From Candidatus Omnitrophota bacterium (lineage in GTDB: Bacteria > Omnitrophota > Omnitrophia > Omnitrophales > Aquincolibacteriaceae), in contig JBDRCT010000029.1 of the NCBI GenBank assembly GCA_043821445.1, forward strand, positions 7,317 through 71,316: 64,000 bases of DNA, written 5' to 3'. The position numbers and the translations under genes are program-made. The notes beneath the pieces were generated by a model. That model was given only the letters and a program-made list of their open reading frames with translations. It made no database searches and had not been told where the DNA came from. Below are positions 49,651 through 60,700 of the stretch, piece by piece (position 1 is the first letter of the stretch; the number at the start of each line of letters is the position of its first letter).

Positions 49651-52600
49651 ATGAAAATCTCAAAGGTTTTTGCCCTCATTTTTATACTGCTTCTTCCGTA
49701 CACTTTCGCCTTTGCGGATTGGGTCTGGTCTCCCGAGCAGGGGAAGTTCGTCAATACTGAATCCGAAACTCAAAGCGGTGCTGATGACATCTTCGATAAT
49801 GCCCTCGATCTTTATAAAGAGAAAAAGCTCGATAAAGCGGCCGATCAATTCAAAATAGTTCTCAAGCAATACCCCAAATCCCGGGTAGCCCCCGAATCAC
49901 AATATCGGCTTGGGACCATTTTTGAAGAGACGGGTGATTTTGTGGAAGCTCATAAGGCCTATCAGGCTCTGATCAAAGAATATCCCCAGAGCGAGCGTTT
50001 TGAAGAGGTGATTGAGCGCGAGTACCAAATTGGGACTATGTTCCTTTCCGGGAAAAAAGGAAAGCTCATGGGGCTCGATATTCGCCCATCATTGCCGTTG
50101 GCCATTGAAGTGTTCCAAAAAATCGTGGCAGCGGCGCCTTATGGGGCATTCGGGGACAAAGCTCAGTTCGATCTCGGGGTTGCTTACCAAAAGTCCGGAA
50201 GCTTTGATGATTCACTAGAAGCCTACCAAAATTTGATCGATCAATACCCGCAAAGCAACCTGCTTCAGGAGGCTCGTCTTCGGATGGCCGAAGTTTCGTA
50301 TGCGAAATCCTCAAGCCAGACACGTGACCAAAGTGCGCTCGAAGAAGCGGCCCGTCAGGCACAGGGCTATCTTAAGCGGTATCCGGGTTCCGAAGAAGCC
50401 GGAAAGGCAGAGAAGATCAGCCAGGAAGTAGATGAACTGAATGCTGAGAAGAACTATCGGATCGGTCTCTATTATGAGAAGGATAATTATCTTACAAGTG
50501 CACTGATCTATTATTCGGATACCGCGAAGCGCTATCCGAATACGAGTTGGGGCCAGAAGGCCGTAGAAAAACTTCATTCATTGCAAGAGCCTGTGAAATA
50601 TCTTAATGCCAAGGCCGGAGAGTTACAGAAAGAGTTGGAGGCTTTGCAGGCGAAATACCAGGCGCTGGGGCCGGGGCAGAAGTCCGAGCGGGAACAACTT
50701 AAAAAGGAGATCGCTGAGCTGCAGAAGCGTATTCAGGCGATCGATAAGAACAAATCCGAGAGTTTGAATCGACGTAAACAGGACCTTAAACGCCGCGAAC
50801 GGGAACTGAATGAAAAATTTAAAGAGCTCGCGCGTAAGAAAAAACGCTTCAAGAATAATACATCTCCCGAATTCCAAAATGCCATGGATCGCTGGCAAGG
50901 ATCTCTTGAGGCCGAGCGTGATGCGCTTGCCGAAGAAAAGAGCCGTCTCGCGTCTTGGCGCTCAGAGCTCGGGATCTCGGATACGAAGTTTTATGAAAAC
51001 CTGATCCCGGACCACCTGATACCGTTTATGGGAAAGCCCGAGACTCCGCTACAAAAGATCCAACAGATGGACGAAAAAGAACTTTATAAGCTCTCCCGGA
51101 AGAAGAAGGAACTTCTTGAAAAGAAAGAGAAGCTCTACAAGCGTTATAGTGAGCTTCAGACCTTGCTGATGCCTGAGCGTTCCGAAAGCGGCCTGAAACG
51201 AAAGCGTTTGCGTGGTGTCGCGAAAAAAGATTCCGGCGAGCCCACCGATCCCAAACTTTTGGCGCGAAAGAATGATATCGAGGCTCTCGAGGCTAAGTTG
51301 GACGAGAAAATGGCGCTCTATGAAAAACATTTTGGAAAATCCGCCGAGCAGGAGCTTGAGGCGATGATCGAAAATCAAGCGGCTCAAAAGCAGGCTTTTA
51401 ATCCGTTTACCGTCGAAACGGGCGACCTTCAAAAGAAGAGCATCGAAGAATTACTTGAGTTGAAAATGCATCTTGCGGAGCAGGTCAAGGCCCAACAGGA
51501 TATTGTTGAAACTCTTAGCACTGCTTTTGATAAGGAGCTGGCTTTGAGGGAACAGCAGGCTATGATGAAGTCTTTTGATGACCAAAAGGATGTCGATGTG
51601 CGTAAGCTTCGCAAAGAGATCAAAAGTACGGAAAAGGAACTCCGCAAACGTTATCAAGACATTCAAGATCGTCAGAAGAACAAAGGGAGGCTTCTTGCCA
51701 GCTTGGATGAGGCGTTGAAACCTGAGGAAGGGAGGGGAAAAGTTCTGAAGACCCTTGCCAAACCGGTTACGGGTCCTGCCTATCTTGCCCAAGCATTTAT
51801 TTTTGGGCTTCCGAACAAGGATGTTACTTTGACCGACGCCGCGAAGAAACCGGGCTCCGATGCGAAAGCAAAAAAAATTCAGCAAGGGATTGAGCTGGAA
51901 AGTCTCATGATCCAGGCGCAGGCTGAGGAGATCAACAAGCTTGAAAAAGAGCTCGAAATTTTGAACGCGAAGGCATCGTTCGCCGGAGGTATGAAGTTCC
52001 GTGCTTCGTACGTTAAGGTGCCGTACACATTTATTGAGGAGGCCGTTCAAAGCTCGCGCCGCGTTGTTCCAAGGAAAAACAGGAAAGATGTGCTTCTGAA
52101 TCGATTGGACAATCAGACCCAAGAGCTTGACCGGTTCAAAGCTGAGTTGGAGGCTACGGAGGCCGTGATCAAGGAAAAGACGCCTGCGGCCCTTCCTAGT
52201 CATTCTACGGCTACAGAAACAGACGCGGACAAAAAGGAAAAGGCCGAATTGGTCCCGGATGAGAAACAACTCCGGGAAGATGCTATGAGCCTGCGGGAGC
52301 AGCTTGAGATCTCCTACAGTATTTACGCCCGTGAGCAAGGACTCGTGCTTGGCGATGCGGGTCTGGAAGAAGTTCCAACGGACGCTGAAGGCGCTAAGAG
52401 GTATCGAGAGTACAAAAAAGTGGAGGCGGAACTCGCCGGTGTGATCGATGAAGAACTTGTGATTGAACAGCAGGAGAGGTCGATCCTTGAAAAGCGGATC
52501 GCAGAAGCTGATAAAGTGATACCGACCGTGACTTCCAAGGCGATGCAGCAGGATCTTGGGACGGAAAAGACTCGCATCGGGCAGCGCCTTTCAGACCTGG

Positions 52601-52653
52601 CCACGCGGCATGATTTTCTTTCCAAGGAAAAAGAACGTTTCAGCATCAAGTGA
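49651..52653 (+). CDS. BamD-like TPR protein with about 680-aa coiled-coil C-terminal extension
   Basis: Signal peptide, repeated YP.S TPR motifs, QTRDQ, IGLYYEK...SALIYY in the first ~315 aa; E/K/Q/R-rich remainder; upstream of lptE-holA. Confidence 0.75.
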   Translation: MKISKVFALIFILLLPYTFAFADWVWSPEQGKFVNTESETQSGADDIFDNALDLYKEKKLDKAADQFKIVLKQYPKSRVAPESQYRLGTIFEETGDFVEAHKAYQALIKEYPQSERFEEVIEREYQIGTMFLSGKKGKLMGLDIRPSLPLAIEVFQKIVAAAPYGAFGDKAQFDLGVAYQKSGSFDDSLEAYQNLIDQYPQSNLLQEARLRMAEVSYAKSSSQTRDQSALEEAARQAQGYLKRYPGSEEAGKAEKISQEVDELNAEKNYRIGLYYEKDNYLTSALIYYSDTAKRYPNTSWGQKAVEKLHSLQEPVKYLNAKAGELQKELEALQAKYQALGPGQKSEREQLKKEIAELQKRIQAIDKNKSESLNRRKQDLKRRERELNEKFKELARKKKRFKNNTSPEFQNAMDRWQGSLEAERDALAEEKSRLASWRSELGISDTKFYENLIPDHLIPFMGKPETPLQKIQQMDEKELYKLSRKKKELLEKKEKLYKRYSELQTLLMPERSESGLKRKRLRGVAKKDSGEPTDPKLLARKNDIEALEAKLDEKMALYEKHFGKSAEQELEAMIENQAAQKQAFNPFTVETGDLQKKSIEELLELKMHLAEQVKAQQDIVETLSTAFDKELALREQQAMMKSFDDQKDVDVRKLRKEIKSTEKELRKRYQDIQDRQKNKGRLLASLDEALKPEEGRGKVLKTLAKPVTGPAYLAQAFIFGLPNKDVTLTDAAKKPGSDAKAKKIQQGIELESLMIQAQAEEINKLEKELEILNAKASFAGGMKFRASYVKVPYTFIEEAVQSSRRVVPRKNRKDVLLNRLDNQTQELDRFKAELEATEAVIKEKTPAALPSHSTATETDADKKEKAELVPDEKQLREDAMSLREQLEISYSIYAREQGLVLGDAGLEEVPTDAEGAKRYREYKKVEAELAGVIDEELVIEQQERSILEKRIAEADKVIPTVTSKAMQQDLGTEKTRIGQRLSDLATRHDFLSKEKERFSIK

Positions 52654-52666
52654 TCAACGGGGACTT

Positions 52667-53194
52667 ATGATGAAAAATATGCGATGGGTGGGGTTTTGGG
52701 GTTTAGTGGTAGCGGTGGCGTTCAGTGGCTGCGGTTACACCCGTAAGACAGTGTTGCCGCGGAATATGAAAACGATCTATGTGGAGACGGTGAAGAACAA
52801 GCTCGATCCCGAGAATCTTTACGCTTATCAGCCTGGAGTTGAGATGAATATCACCAATGCGGTGATCCAGCGGCTCCAGATGGATGGCACTTTGAAGGTT
52901 GTGGAACAGCAGAAAGCCGACACGATCCTAAAAACGGATTTGCTATCTTTGGATCAAGAGGGGCTTCGTTTCAATTCCTTGGAAGGTGTGTCGCAGTACC
53001 GTCTTTTCATGGTCGTCAGGTTGCAACTTGTGGACGCGAAGACGGGAGATCTGATCTGGGAGGAGCCGAATTTTTCGGGAGGTACTGAGTACTATGTAAC
53101 CACCGTTACATCGATCGGTGAGCAGAAGGCGGCCGTGGATGCCGTTCGTACCCTCGCATATAACATTGCGGATCGTATTGTCGAAGACTGGTGA
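52667..53194 (+). CDS. lptE: LptE family lipoprotein
   Basis: Lipobox FSGCGY, TIYV, ...LA..I.DRIVEDW; position before holA. Confidence 0.8.
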   Translation: MMKNMRWVGFWGLVVAVAFSGCGYTRKTVLPRNMKTIYVETVKNKLDPENLYAYQPGVEMNITNAVIQRLQMDGTLKVVEQQKADTILKTDLLSLDQEGLRFNSLEGVSQYRLFMVVRLQLVDAKTGDLIWEEPNFSGGTEYYVTTVTSIGEQKAAVDAVRTLAYNIADRIVEDW

Positions 53195-53218
53195 TCCTTT
53201 TTCACGGACGGTACCCTT

Positions 53219-54160
53219 GTGACAGAAGTTTTTCTTATTGCCGGCGATCCGTTCCTTAGAACCCAGAAAACCAAGGTTCTTATTTCTGAGATCGAAAAAA
53301 AAACCGGAGAGTCTCTCGCCCAGCAAACCTTCGACCTGGACGAAACGCCTCTTGAAATCGTTCTAGCCGCCGCAAGAACCCTTCCGTTTCTATCATCGAG
53401 GCAGGTGATTTGTGCGCGGGGAGCTGGATCCTTAAAGGAGCCTGATCTCGCAGTCCTAGCTGCCTACCTCGGAAATCCCGCGTCGAAAACTACTCTGATC
53501 CTGGAATCGGATGATCTCAAAGGCGCTTCGGAGCTTCAAAAGCTTATGAAGGCCAAGGGGCAGCTGATTCTTTTGACGAGGGACGAAGCCCGGGGGGCAG
53601 GCGCGATATTCATCCAGCAAAAGCTCAAGCAATATCACAAGATCATGTCTTCTGGGGCCAAGGCTCGGATTCTTGCCATGTGCGGAGATGCCATGATGTT
53701 CCTGGATACCATGCTTGAGAGGCTCGTGCAGTTTTCGGGTGACCAGCAAGAGATCGATGAAGACATGGTCAACCGGTTCGAAGAGAACTGGACGGAAATG
53801 GATGTTTTTAAGCTCACGAACGCTCTGGTCGACCGTGATCCGGCGAGGGTTCTTAAAGTTTTTCGCGATCTGACAGAATTTTACGAAGCGGATCTTTTTG
53901 CTCTGGTCGGGATCCTGCATTGGCAGCTCCGGCAATTATGGCAGGCGGCCATGCTTTTAACCTCGGGAGTTTCCGAGCGTGAGATCGGCTCCAAGCTTCG
54001 GATGTCCCCGGGCCGTTTGAACGCGTTGAGGCGATTTCCTGTTGAGCGCCTAGAATCAGCCGTGGAAGTACTTTATCAGATCGACCGAAAGTCCAAGAGC
54101 GGTCAACTCGACGGTATTTCAGGGTTGGAAGCTTGGCTTTTGGAATATAGCGCTTTGTGA
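53219..54160 (+). CDS. holA: DNA polymerase III delta subunit
   Basis: LIAGD.F, TLPFLSSRQV, VFKLTNAL, D..SKSG; lptE-holA-rpsT synteny. Confidence 0.9.
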   Translation: MTEVFLIAGDPFLRTQKTKVLISEIEKKTGESLAQQTFDLDETPLEIVLAAARTLPFLSSRQVICARGAGSLKEPDLAVLAAYLGNPASKTTLILESDDLKGASELQKLMKAKGQLILLTRDEARGAGAIFIQQKLKQYHKIMSSGAKARILAMCGDAMMFLDTMLERLVQFSGDQQEIDEDMVNRFEENWTEMDVFKLTNALVDRDPARVLKVFRDLTEFYEADLFALVGILHWQLRQLWQAAMLLTSGVSEREIGSKLRMSPGRLNALRRFPVERLESAVEVLYQIDRKSKSGQLDGISGLEAWLLEYSAL

Positions 54161-54169
54161 TGTCCGATC

Positions 54170-54207
54170 CAAAGCCGGGTTTTGTGCGGGAATAAAACCA
54201 GGCTTTG
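54170..54207. terminator. Hairpin between convergent holA and rpsT
   Basis: CAAAGCCGGGTTTT...AAAACCAGGCTTTG inverted repeat. Confidence 0.55.
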
Positions 54208-54228
54208 AAAGGAAAAATTCAGAGAGTC

Positions 54229-54492
54229 TTACTTTTTCTTGATCTTGGTGAGGAAAAGTGCGATGCGGGATTTTCTCCGGTCCGCACGGCCGTGCGGGAT
54301 CACACCTTTGGTGACCGCGTGGTCATAACGGGCCACCAGGGTGGCAGCTAGCGATTTGGCCTTTTCGGGCTCGGAGGCAAGCTGAGCCAGTTTTTTGCTG
54401 AGGGACTTCAGCTCAGAAAGAACGGCCATATTCTTCGCGCGTTTTTTAGCATCACTTCGAATACGTTTTGCAGCAGAACGAATATTGGGCAT
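54229..54492 (-). CDS. rpsT: 30S ribosomal protein S20
   Basis: MPNIRSAAKRIR...D.AVTKGVI...ADRRKSR; AAGGAG RBS. Confidence 0.95.
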   Translation of the reverse strand: MPNIRSAAKRIRSDAKKRAKNMAVLSELKSLSKKLAQLASEPEKAKSLAATLVARYDHAVTKGVIPHGRADRRKSRIALFLTKIKKK

Positions 54493-54595
54493 TTCAATGA
54501 CTCCTTTGAGTGAAAAAAGTGGCGACAATGTAACACGGGACCCCCATTCTGTCAATCCGCATCCCCAGGGGCAGAAGAGCGGAAAGCATCATCTC

Positions 54596-56182
54596 ATGAG
54601 AGCGGCCGCTGTGGTGGCGGCTATGACACTGATCAGTCGTATTTTAGGGTTGATCCGTGATATTGTGAGCGCCAAAAGCTTCGGGACGAACTGGCACTAT
54701 GACGCCTTTCTATATGCCTTTATGCTCCCGAACCTTTTCCGCCGTATCGTGGGCGAAGGTGGACTCACGAGTGCTTTTATTCCGGTCTATAACGAGATCG
54801 GAGAAAAACGGGGGCGTGCGGAGGCGTTCCACTTTGCCAATATCACACTCAGTTTCCTGAGCCTTGCGCTTTTTGCTTTTATTCTGGCTGTCGAAGGTGT
54901 ACTCCATATCCTTCTTAGAATCGGTTTTCATTCCCAGACTGTGATGCTGACTCTGGAGCTTTCGCGCATTCTTTTCCCTTATCTCTGGTTCCTGTCGCTT
55001 TATGCGCTCGGGATGGGGATCCTGAACAGCCATCGACATTTTCTTGCGCCAGCCATGGGTCCCGCGATCCTCGATCTTGTATGGATCGGCGCAGTGCTTT
55101 GGGTGCCGTCCTGGATGGGGCATGATTATCTTGCGAAGATCAGCTGGCTTTCCTACGTCATTCTTTTCGGCGGGTTTTTGCACGTGGCGGTCGAGTTACC
55201 ACCGCTTCGCAAGATCGGTTTCAAGTTCCGTTGGGTCTGGGATATTGGTTATGAAGGTCTTAAGAAGACATGGCAGCTCTTGTTGCCGGTGATGCTGAGC
55301 TTTGCAGTGGTCCAGATCAATATCGCCGTGGATATGACGCTGGGTATGGCCATCGGGCCCGGCGCGAACTCGAGCCTCTGGTACGGGAACCGTCTCATGC
55401 AATTTCCGCTCGGGATCTTTGCCTTAGCCATGGGGACTGCGCTGCTTCCGATGCTTGCTCAACAGATCGCTCGGGGTGAGAAGGAAGCGTCCCGCAAAAC
55501 GCTTTCGTTCGCACTCCGGAGCATTTTCTTCATCATCATACCGTCATCGGTCGGACTGATCGTACTTCGGGAGCCCATCATCCGTGTGCTTTTTGAACGC
55601 GGTGAATTTAACGCCGTTTCAACCGCGCGCAGTTCCGCCGTTCTTTTGGGGTACACGATCGGCCTTTTTGCGTTTGCGGGACAGAAAATCATGAATAGCG
55701 GCTACTACGCCGCGCAGGATTCCAGGACCCCCATGAGGACTTCGATCATTGCCCTTATTTCGAACATTGTCCTGAATCTGATCCTGATGGTTCCTTTCAG
55801 AGAGGCGGGGTTGGCGGTCGCGACCTCGATTGCCGGCATTATTCAGTTCGGGCAGTTGGTCTATTTTTATCCTAAAAAAGTCGGAGAATTCCCGTTCCGT
55901 GAAGTCGGCACTTCTTTTTTGCGCATCCTGCTCGCCTCTCTCGTGATGGGCATGATCGGTCATTACAGTCTCGAATTTTTAAGGTGCTGGATACCGGGGC
56001 AAGGGACTCGGATGCAGATTCTTCAGGTGTTCGGCAGCATCGCCGTCGCAACGCTCGCTTATCTGGGCCTGTGTCTTGCGTGCCATGTCCCAGAAGCCAA
56101 GGAGGCTTGGACATGGTTCCGGAAAAAGCGAAAACCTGTCGCCGGCCCCATTAATACAGAAAGCCTGATGGATGGAGCATAG
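54596..56182 (+). CDS. murJ: Lipid II flippase MurJ/MviN
   Basis: SRILGLIRD, PNLFRRIVGEGGL.SAFIP, RLMQFPLG, LFERGEF, D.RTP. Confidence 0.95.
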   Translation: MRAAAVVAAMTLISRILGLIRDIVSAKSFGTNWHYDAFLYAFMLPNLFRRIVGEGGLTSAFIPVYNEIGEKRGRAEAFHFANITLSFLSLALFAFILAVEGVLHILLRIGFHSQTVMLTLELSRILFPYLWFLSLYALGMGILNSHRHFLAPAMGPAILDLVWIGAVLWVPSWMGHDYLAKISWLSYVILFGGFLHVAVELPPLRKIGFKFRWVWDIGYEGLKKTWQLLLPVMLSFAVVQINIAVDMTLGMAIGPGANSSLWYGNRLMQFPLGIFALAMGTALLPMLAQQIARGEKEASRKTLSFALRSIFFIIIPSSVGLIVLREPIIRVLFERGEFNAVSTARSSAVLLGYTIGLFAFAGQKIMNSGYYAAQDSRTPMRTSIIALISNIVLNLILMVPFREAGLAVATSIAGIIQFGQLVYFYPKKVGEFPFREVGTSFLRILLASLVMGMIGHYSLEFLRCWIPGQGTRMQILQVFGSIAVATLAYLGLCLACHVPEAKEAWTWFRKKRKPVAGPINTESLMDGA

Positions 56183-56227
56183 ATCAGGATGACGGAGAGA
56201 GGACGGCGGATAACGATTAAAAGAAGG

Positions 56228-57703
56228 ATGAGAGATAACGAAGAACCAAGCACCACCTGCCATCCTCCAGCCGATGTCTTTCAACATCTCCGCTCTGTTG
56301 CAAGCAAACTCCCTCTGACGTCCGGTATTTATCTGATGCGCGACGGGCGGGGAGAGATCCTTTATATCGGTAAGGCCAAGTCGCTTCGCAAGCGAGTGCT
56401 TTCGTATTTCAGAATTCCTGCGCCGATCCCCAAGATCGCGATTTTGATGCAAAAGGTGCGGGCGATCGATCATGTTGATACTCCCACGGAAGTGGATGCG
56501 TTGCTCCTCGAGGCGCATCTGATCCGCAGGCAACAACCCCGCTACAACCAGGACCTTAAAGACGATAAAAGCTTTCCTCTTCTCAAGATCACGCGTGAAA
56601 AATTTCCGAGGATCTGCATCACGCGTCAAAAAACCGACAAGCGGGCGATCTATTACGGCCCCTACACCGATGCGAAGCTTCTGCATCAAGCGGTGAATCT
56701 GATCAACGATCTTTTTCCAATCCGCAAATGTCAGTTGCTTCCCAAAATCGCATGTCTTTACCATCACATTGGGCAGTGCATTGCCCCCTGTGTCAAGCCG
56801 GAGGTGAAGCCGCAATATGATCGTTTGATCAATGAAGTGAAGCGTTTCCTTGGGGGAGGCAAAAAAAGCTTCGCTCAGTATCTCAATGACAGGATGGAGA
56901 GGGCGAGTCGGGAGTTGCGATTTGAGGACGCTCAGTTTTTCAAGGAGCAGATCAACGCTCTTTCAAAACTCCGCAGAAAATGCTTCCTTCCGAAGAATCC
57001 TGGACAAGGCATCTCGCTTTCGGCGACGATCGAACTTAAACAGAAGCTGAAACTCGAAAAGATCCCCGAGCGCATCATTTGTTTCGATGTCTCGAACGTG
57101 CAGGGAGATCAAGCCGTGGCATCGAAGGTGAGCTTTTACCGGGAACTTCCAGACAAGTTCGGATACCGACGTTACAGGATCCGGGGCGTTTCCGGGATCA
57201 ATGATTACGCCATGATGGCAGAGGCCCTGAGACGTATGCTTCGCGGTATCAAGGAAGGCCGGGAAGATTTCATGCCGGATCTCATGATGATCGATGGTGG
57301 CAGGGGGCATCTCAACACTGCATCCAAGGTGCTCGCGCAGGAGGGGATGACAACGATAGATATCATTTCCATCGCTAAACAGTTCGAATGGATCCACTCG
57401 CCAAAGTTCCGTGCGCCGCTTGTTCTGGCCCCAGATTCCCCGGCTCTCTACCTTCTGAAAAAGGTTCGGGATGAAGCGCATCGGTTCGCGATCACGTATC
57501 ACCGCCAGCTTAGGGCAAGGGTCCTGCAGCGTTCTATTTTAGATGACATTCCGGGTATGGGCGCGAAGCGTAAGCGTATCCTTCTCAGGCACTTTAATTC
57601 CATAGAGGAGATCCGTCATGCCGGCGTTGAAAAACTTCGCGCGGTTCCCGGGATTGACCAAAAAACCGCTGAAACTGTTCGAGCCCATTTTTCCCCCCGG
57701 TAG
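56228..57703 (+). CDS. uvrC: Excinuclease ABC subunit C (start uncertain, 56189-56228)
   Basis: GIY...YIGKAKSLRKRV.SYF, FDVSN, DLMMIDGGRGH, RDEAHRFA, C-terminal HhH. Confidence 0.95.
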   Translation: MRDNEEPSTTCHPPADVFQHLRSVASKLPLTSGIYLMRDGRGEILYIGKAKSLRKRVLSYFRIPAPIPKIAILMQKVRAIDHVDTPTEVDALLLEAHLIRRQQPRYNQDLKDDKSFPLLKITREKFPRICITRQKTDKRAIYYGPYTDAKLLHQAVNLINDLFPIRKCQLLPKIACLYHHIGQCIAPCVKPEVKPQYDRLINEVKRFLGGGKKSFAQYLNDRMERASRELRFEDAQFFKEQINALSKLRRKCFLPKNPGQGISLSATIELKQKLKLEKIPERIICFDVSNVQGDQAVASKVSFYRELPDKFGYRRYRIRGVSGINDYAMMAEALRRMLRGIKEGREDFMPDLMMIDGGRGHLNTASKVLAQEGMTTIDIISIAKQFEWIHSPKFRAPLVLAPDSPALYLLKKVRDEAHRFAITYHRQLRARVLQRSILDDIPGMGAKRKRILLRHFNSIEEIRHAGVEKLRAVPGIDQKTAETVRAHFSPR

Positions 57704-57795
57704 AGTTTTCCGCACCAGGCTCTCAGCAATTTGCCGTGTCCACCTAAAGACGAAACTCGTTTAAATTTCAAAAGTTGTGATAAAATAACCTTACT

Positions 57796-60700
57796 ATGAC
57801 ACATCCATTCCTGAAGCGGCTTAATGAGAAGATCCTTGTGTTTGACGGGGCACTGGGGACAAATCTCCAGACCCTCGGCCTTACTCCCCAGGATTTCGGA
57901 GGTAAAGACGGCTGTAATGAATATTTGGTTATCACTAAGCCTGACGCCATTCAGAGTGTCCACGAAAGTTTTCTGAAAGCAGGCTGCGATGTCATCGAAA
58001 CCGACACGTTCGGCTCGAATCGTATTGTGCTTACGGAGTACGGTTTAGAGGACCGGGTGGTTGAGCTGAACGAAAGGGCTGCGCGTCTTGCTAAGGCGCT
58101 CGCCCAAAAATACTCCTCGCCAGATCATCCGCGATTTGTCGTGGGCGCTGTCGGCCCCGGGACCAAGCTCCCATCGCTTGGCCATATCGGCTTTAATGAG
58201 CTCAAGGAATGTTACAAAGAGCAATATAAGGGGCTCATCGCAGGCGGGGTGGACGGACTTCTTATCGAGACCTGCCAAGACCTGCTTCAAACCAAGATCG
58301 CTATTATTGCCGCAGTGGAATATTTTAAAGAGACGGGCCGTCGGTTGCCGCTCATGGCCCAGGTCACTCTCGAACCTACGGGCACGATGCTGCTTGGGAC
58401 AGACATCCATGCAGTGATCGCTACGCTCGAGATGTTCCCGGTGGATGTGATCGGGATGAATTGCGCGACAGGTCCCGCCGAAATGACAGAGCACATTCGC
58501 ACGCTTTGCGAAAGTTCCGTCAAGCATATTTCCGTTTTACCGAATGCCGGGCTTCCTGAGAACGTCGGCGGCGTGGCTCATTACCATTTGACTCCTACGG
58601 AGCTTGCGGATTTCCACGAGCGTTTTGTCAAAGAATTCGGCGTTTCAGTCGTGGGCGGTTGCTGCGGTACGACGCCCGAACACTTAAAAGCCGTCGTGGA
58701 TCGCGTGGGGAAATGCATTCCCAAAAAGCGAACGCCTAAACATGAGCCCTCTTGCGCGAGTCTTTACGGGATTTCTGCTTTTGCGCAAAAGCCCGCGCCG
58801 CTTTTGGTAGGCGAGCAGGCGAATGCCAACGGCAGCAAAAAATTCAAACAGCTCCTTGAGCACGAAGATTATGATGCGATCGTTGATGTAGCGCGCGAGG
58901 CCGTGAAGGAAGGCGCGCATCTTGTAGACCTTTGTGTGGCGTATGTGGGACGCGATGAAAAAAAAGATATGGGCGAAGTGATCCGCCGTTTCAATCAGCA
59001 TGTCACCGTTCCAGTGATGATCGATTCGACAGAATACGTGGTGATCGAGGAGGCTCTGAAGCGTGTCGCGGGAAAACCCGTCATCAACTCGATCAATCTT
59101 GAAGATGGCGGAGAACGGTTACGCAAGATCTGTCCCATGGCAAAAAAGTATGGTGCCGCACTGGTGGCTTTGACGATCGATGAAAAAGGTATGGCGAAAA
59201 CGCGCGAGGAAAAGCTTCGTATCGCTAAGCGTATTTATCAGATCGTGACTCAGCAGTACGGTATCCGGCCGGAAGATCTTTTCTTCGACTTGCTGACTTT
59301 TACCGTTGGGAGCGGCAGTGAGGAGTTCCGCAATGCGGCACCTGAAACGATAGCGGCCATTCGCCGTCTCAAAAAAGAACTACCCGATGTTCACACGATC
59401 CTCGGGATCAGCAATATTTCTTTTGGTCTTGCGCCGCATGCCCGGCAGGTGTTGAACAGCGTTTTTCTTCATGAATGTGTGGAAGCGGGACTTGATGCCG
59501 CGATCGTTCATGCCCAAAAGATCGTGCCGATCTTTAAGATCGCAGCGGACGATCTTGAGATCGCAAGGAGATTATTGCATAACAAGTGGATCGGCGGTAA
59601 AGATCCTTTGCAGGAATACATCGTGCATTTTTCTGGGAAACGGGGGACTGCTGGGAGGCCCCGCGAGAAGACCTGTGCGGTCGAAGAAACTTTGAAAAAT
59701 CATATCCTTGACGGAAGCTCCGACGATCTTGCCTTGCATCTAGATGAAGCTCTTAAAAAATACAAGCCGCTTGAGATCATCAATGAGCTTTTGCTGGATG
59801 GCATGAAAGTGGTCGGAGAACTTTTTGGCACGGGGAAGATGCAGCTTCCTTTTGTGCTTCAGTCGGCAGAGGTTATGAAAAAGGCCGTGGCCTATTTGGA
59901 AAAGTTCATGGATAAAACGGAGGGCCAGGAACGTGGACGGATCGTGCTTGCGACCGTCAAAGGTGATGTTCATGACATTGGGAAGAACTTGGTCGATATT
60001 ATTCTTACCAACAACGGGTATAAGGTCTTCAATATCGGAATCAAGCAGCCGGTTGAGGCGATCATGAAAGCCGCGATCGAGAATCGTGCGGATGCGATCG
60101 GGCTTTCGGGACTTTTAGTGAAGTCGACTCTTATCATGAAAGAGGACCTTGAAGAAATGAGCCGACGCGGGATTAAGTTGCCGGTGATCTGCGGAGGCGC
60201 GGCGCTCACGGAGCGTTATGTAGAGCGTGACCTTACACCGGTCTATCAGGGAGCGGTTTATTATGGGCGTGATGCCTTTTCCGGTCTGAAGATCATGGAA
60301 GGGATCAAGCAGGGCTCGGCTCCGGATAAACAGGAGGTCAAAACCTCCGCGCCGGTTATTTCGGCTTCACCTACTCCGCCGCCTAAGGCTATGCCTCCAC
60401 GTTCGAGCGCCACGAATATCATTAAGGGGCCATCGTTTCATATTCATCGCGATAACCCCATACCCAAGCCTCCGTTCTTTGGCTACCGAATTCTCAAGAG
60501 TCTCCGGATGCAAGATGTGTTCCCTTGGATCAACAAGATCGCGCTTTATCGGGCGCAGTGGCAATTCAAGCAAGGGGATAGAACTCCGCGCGAATTTGAA
60601 CTTTATCTTCAGGAGAATGTAGAGCCTATTTTTGAGCGATTCAAAGCTCGAACGGTCCGTGAGAAGATCTTAGAACCCAAGGTTATCTATGGCTTTTACA

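Noticed and set aside
57704-57795. SAM or cobalamin riboswitch upstream of metH
   Set aside because: The intergenic region is short and lacks recognisable consensus elements.
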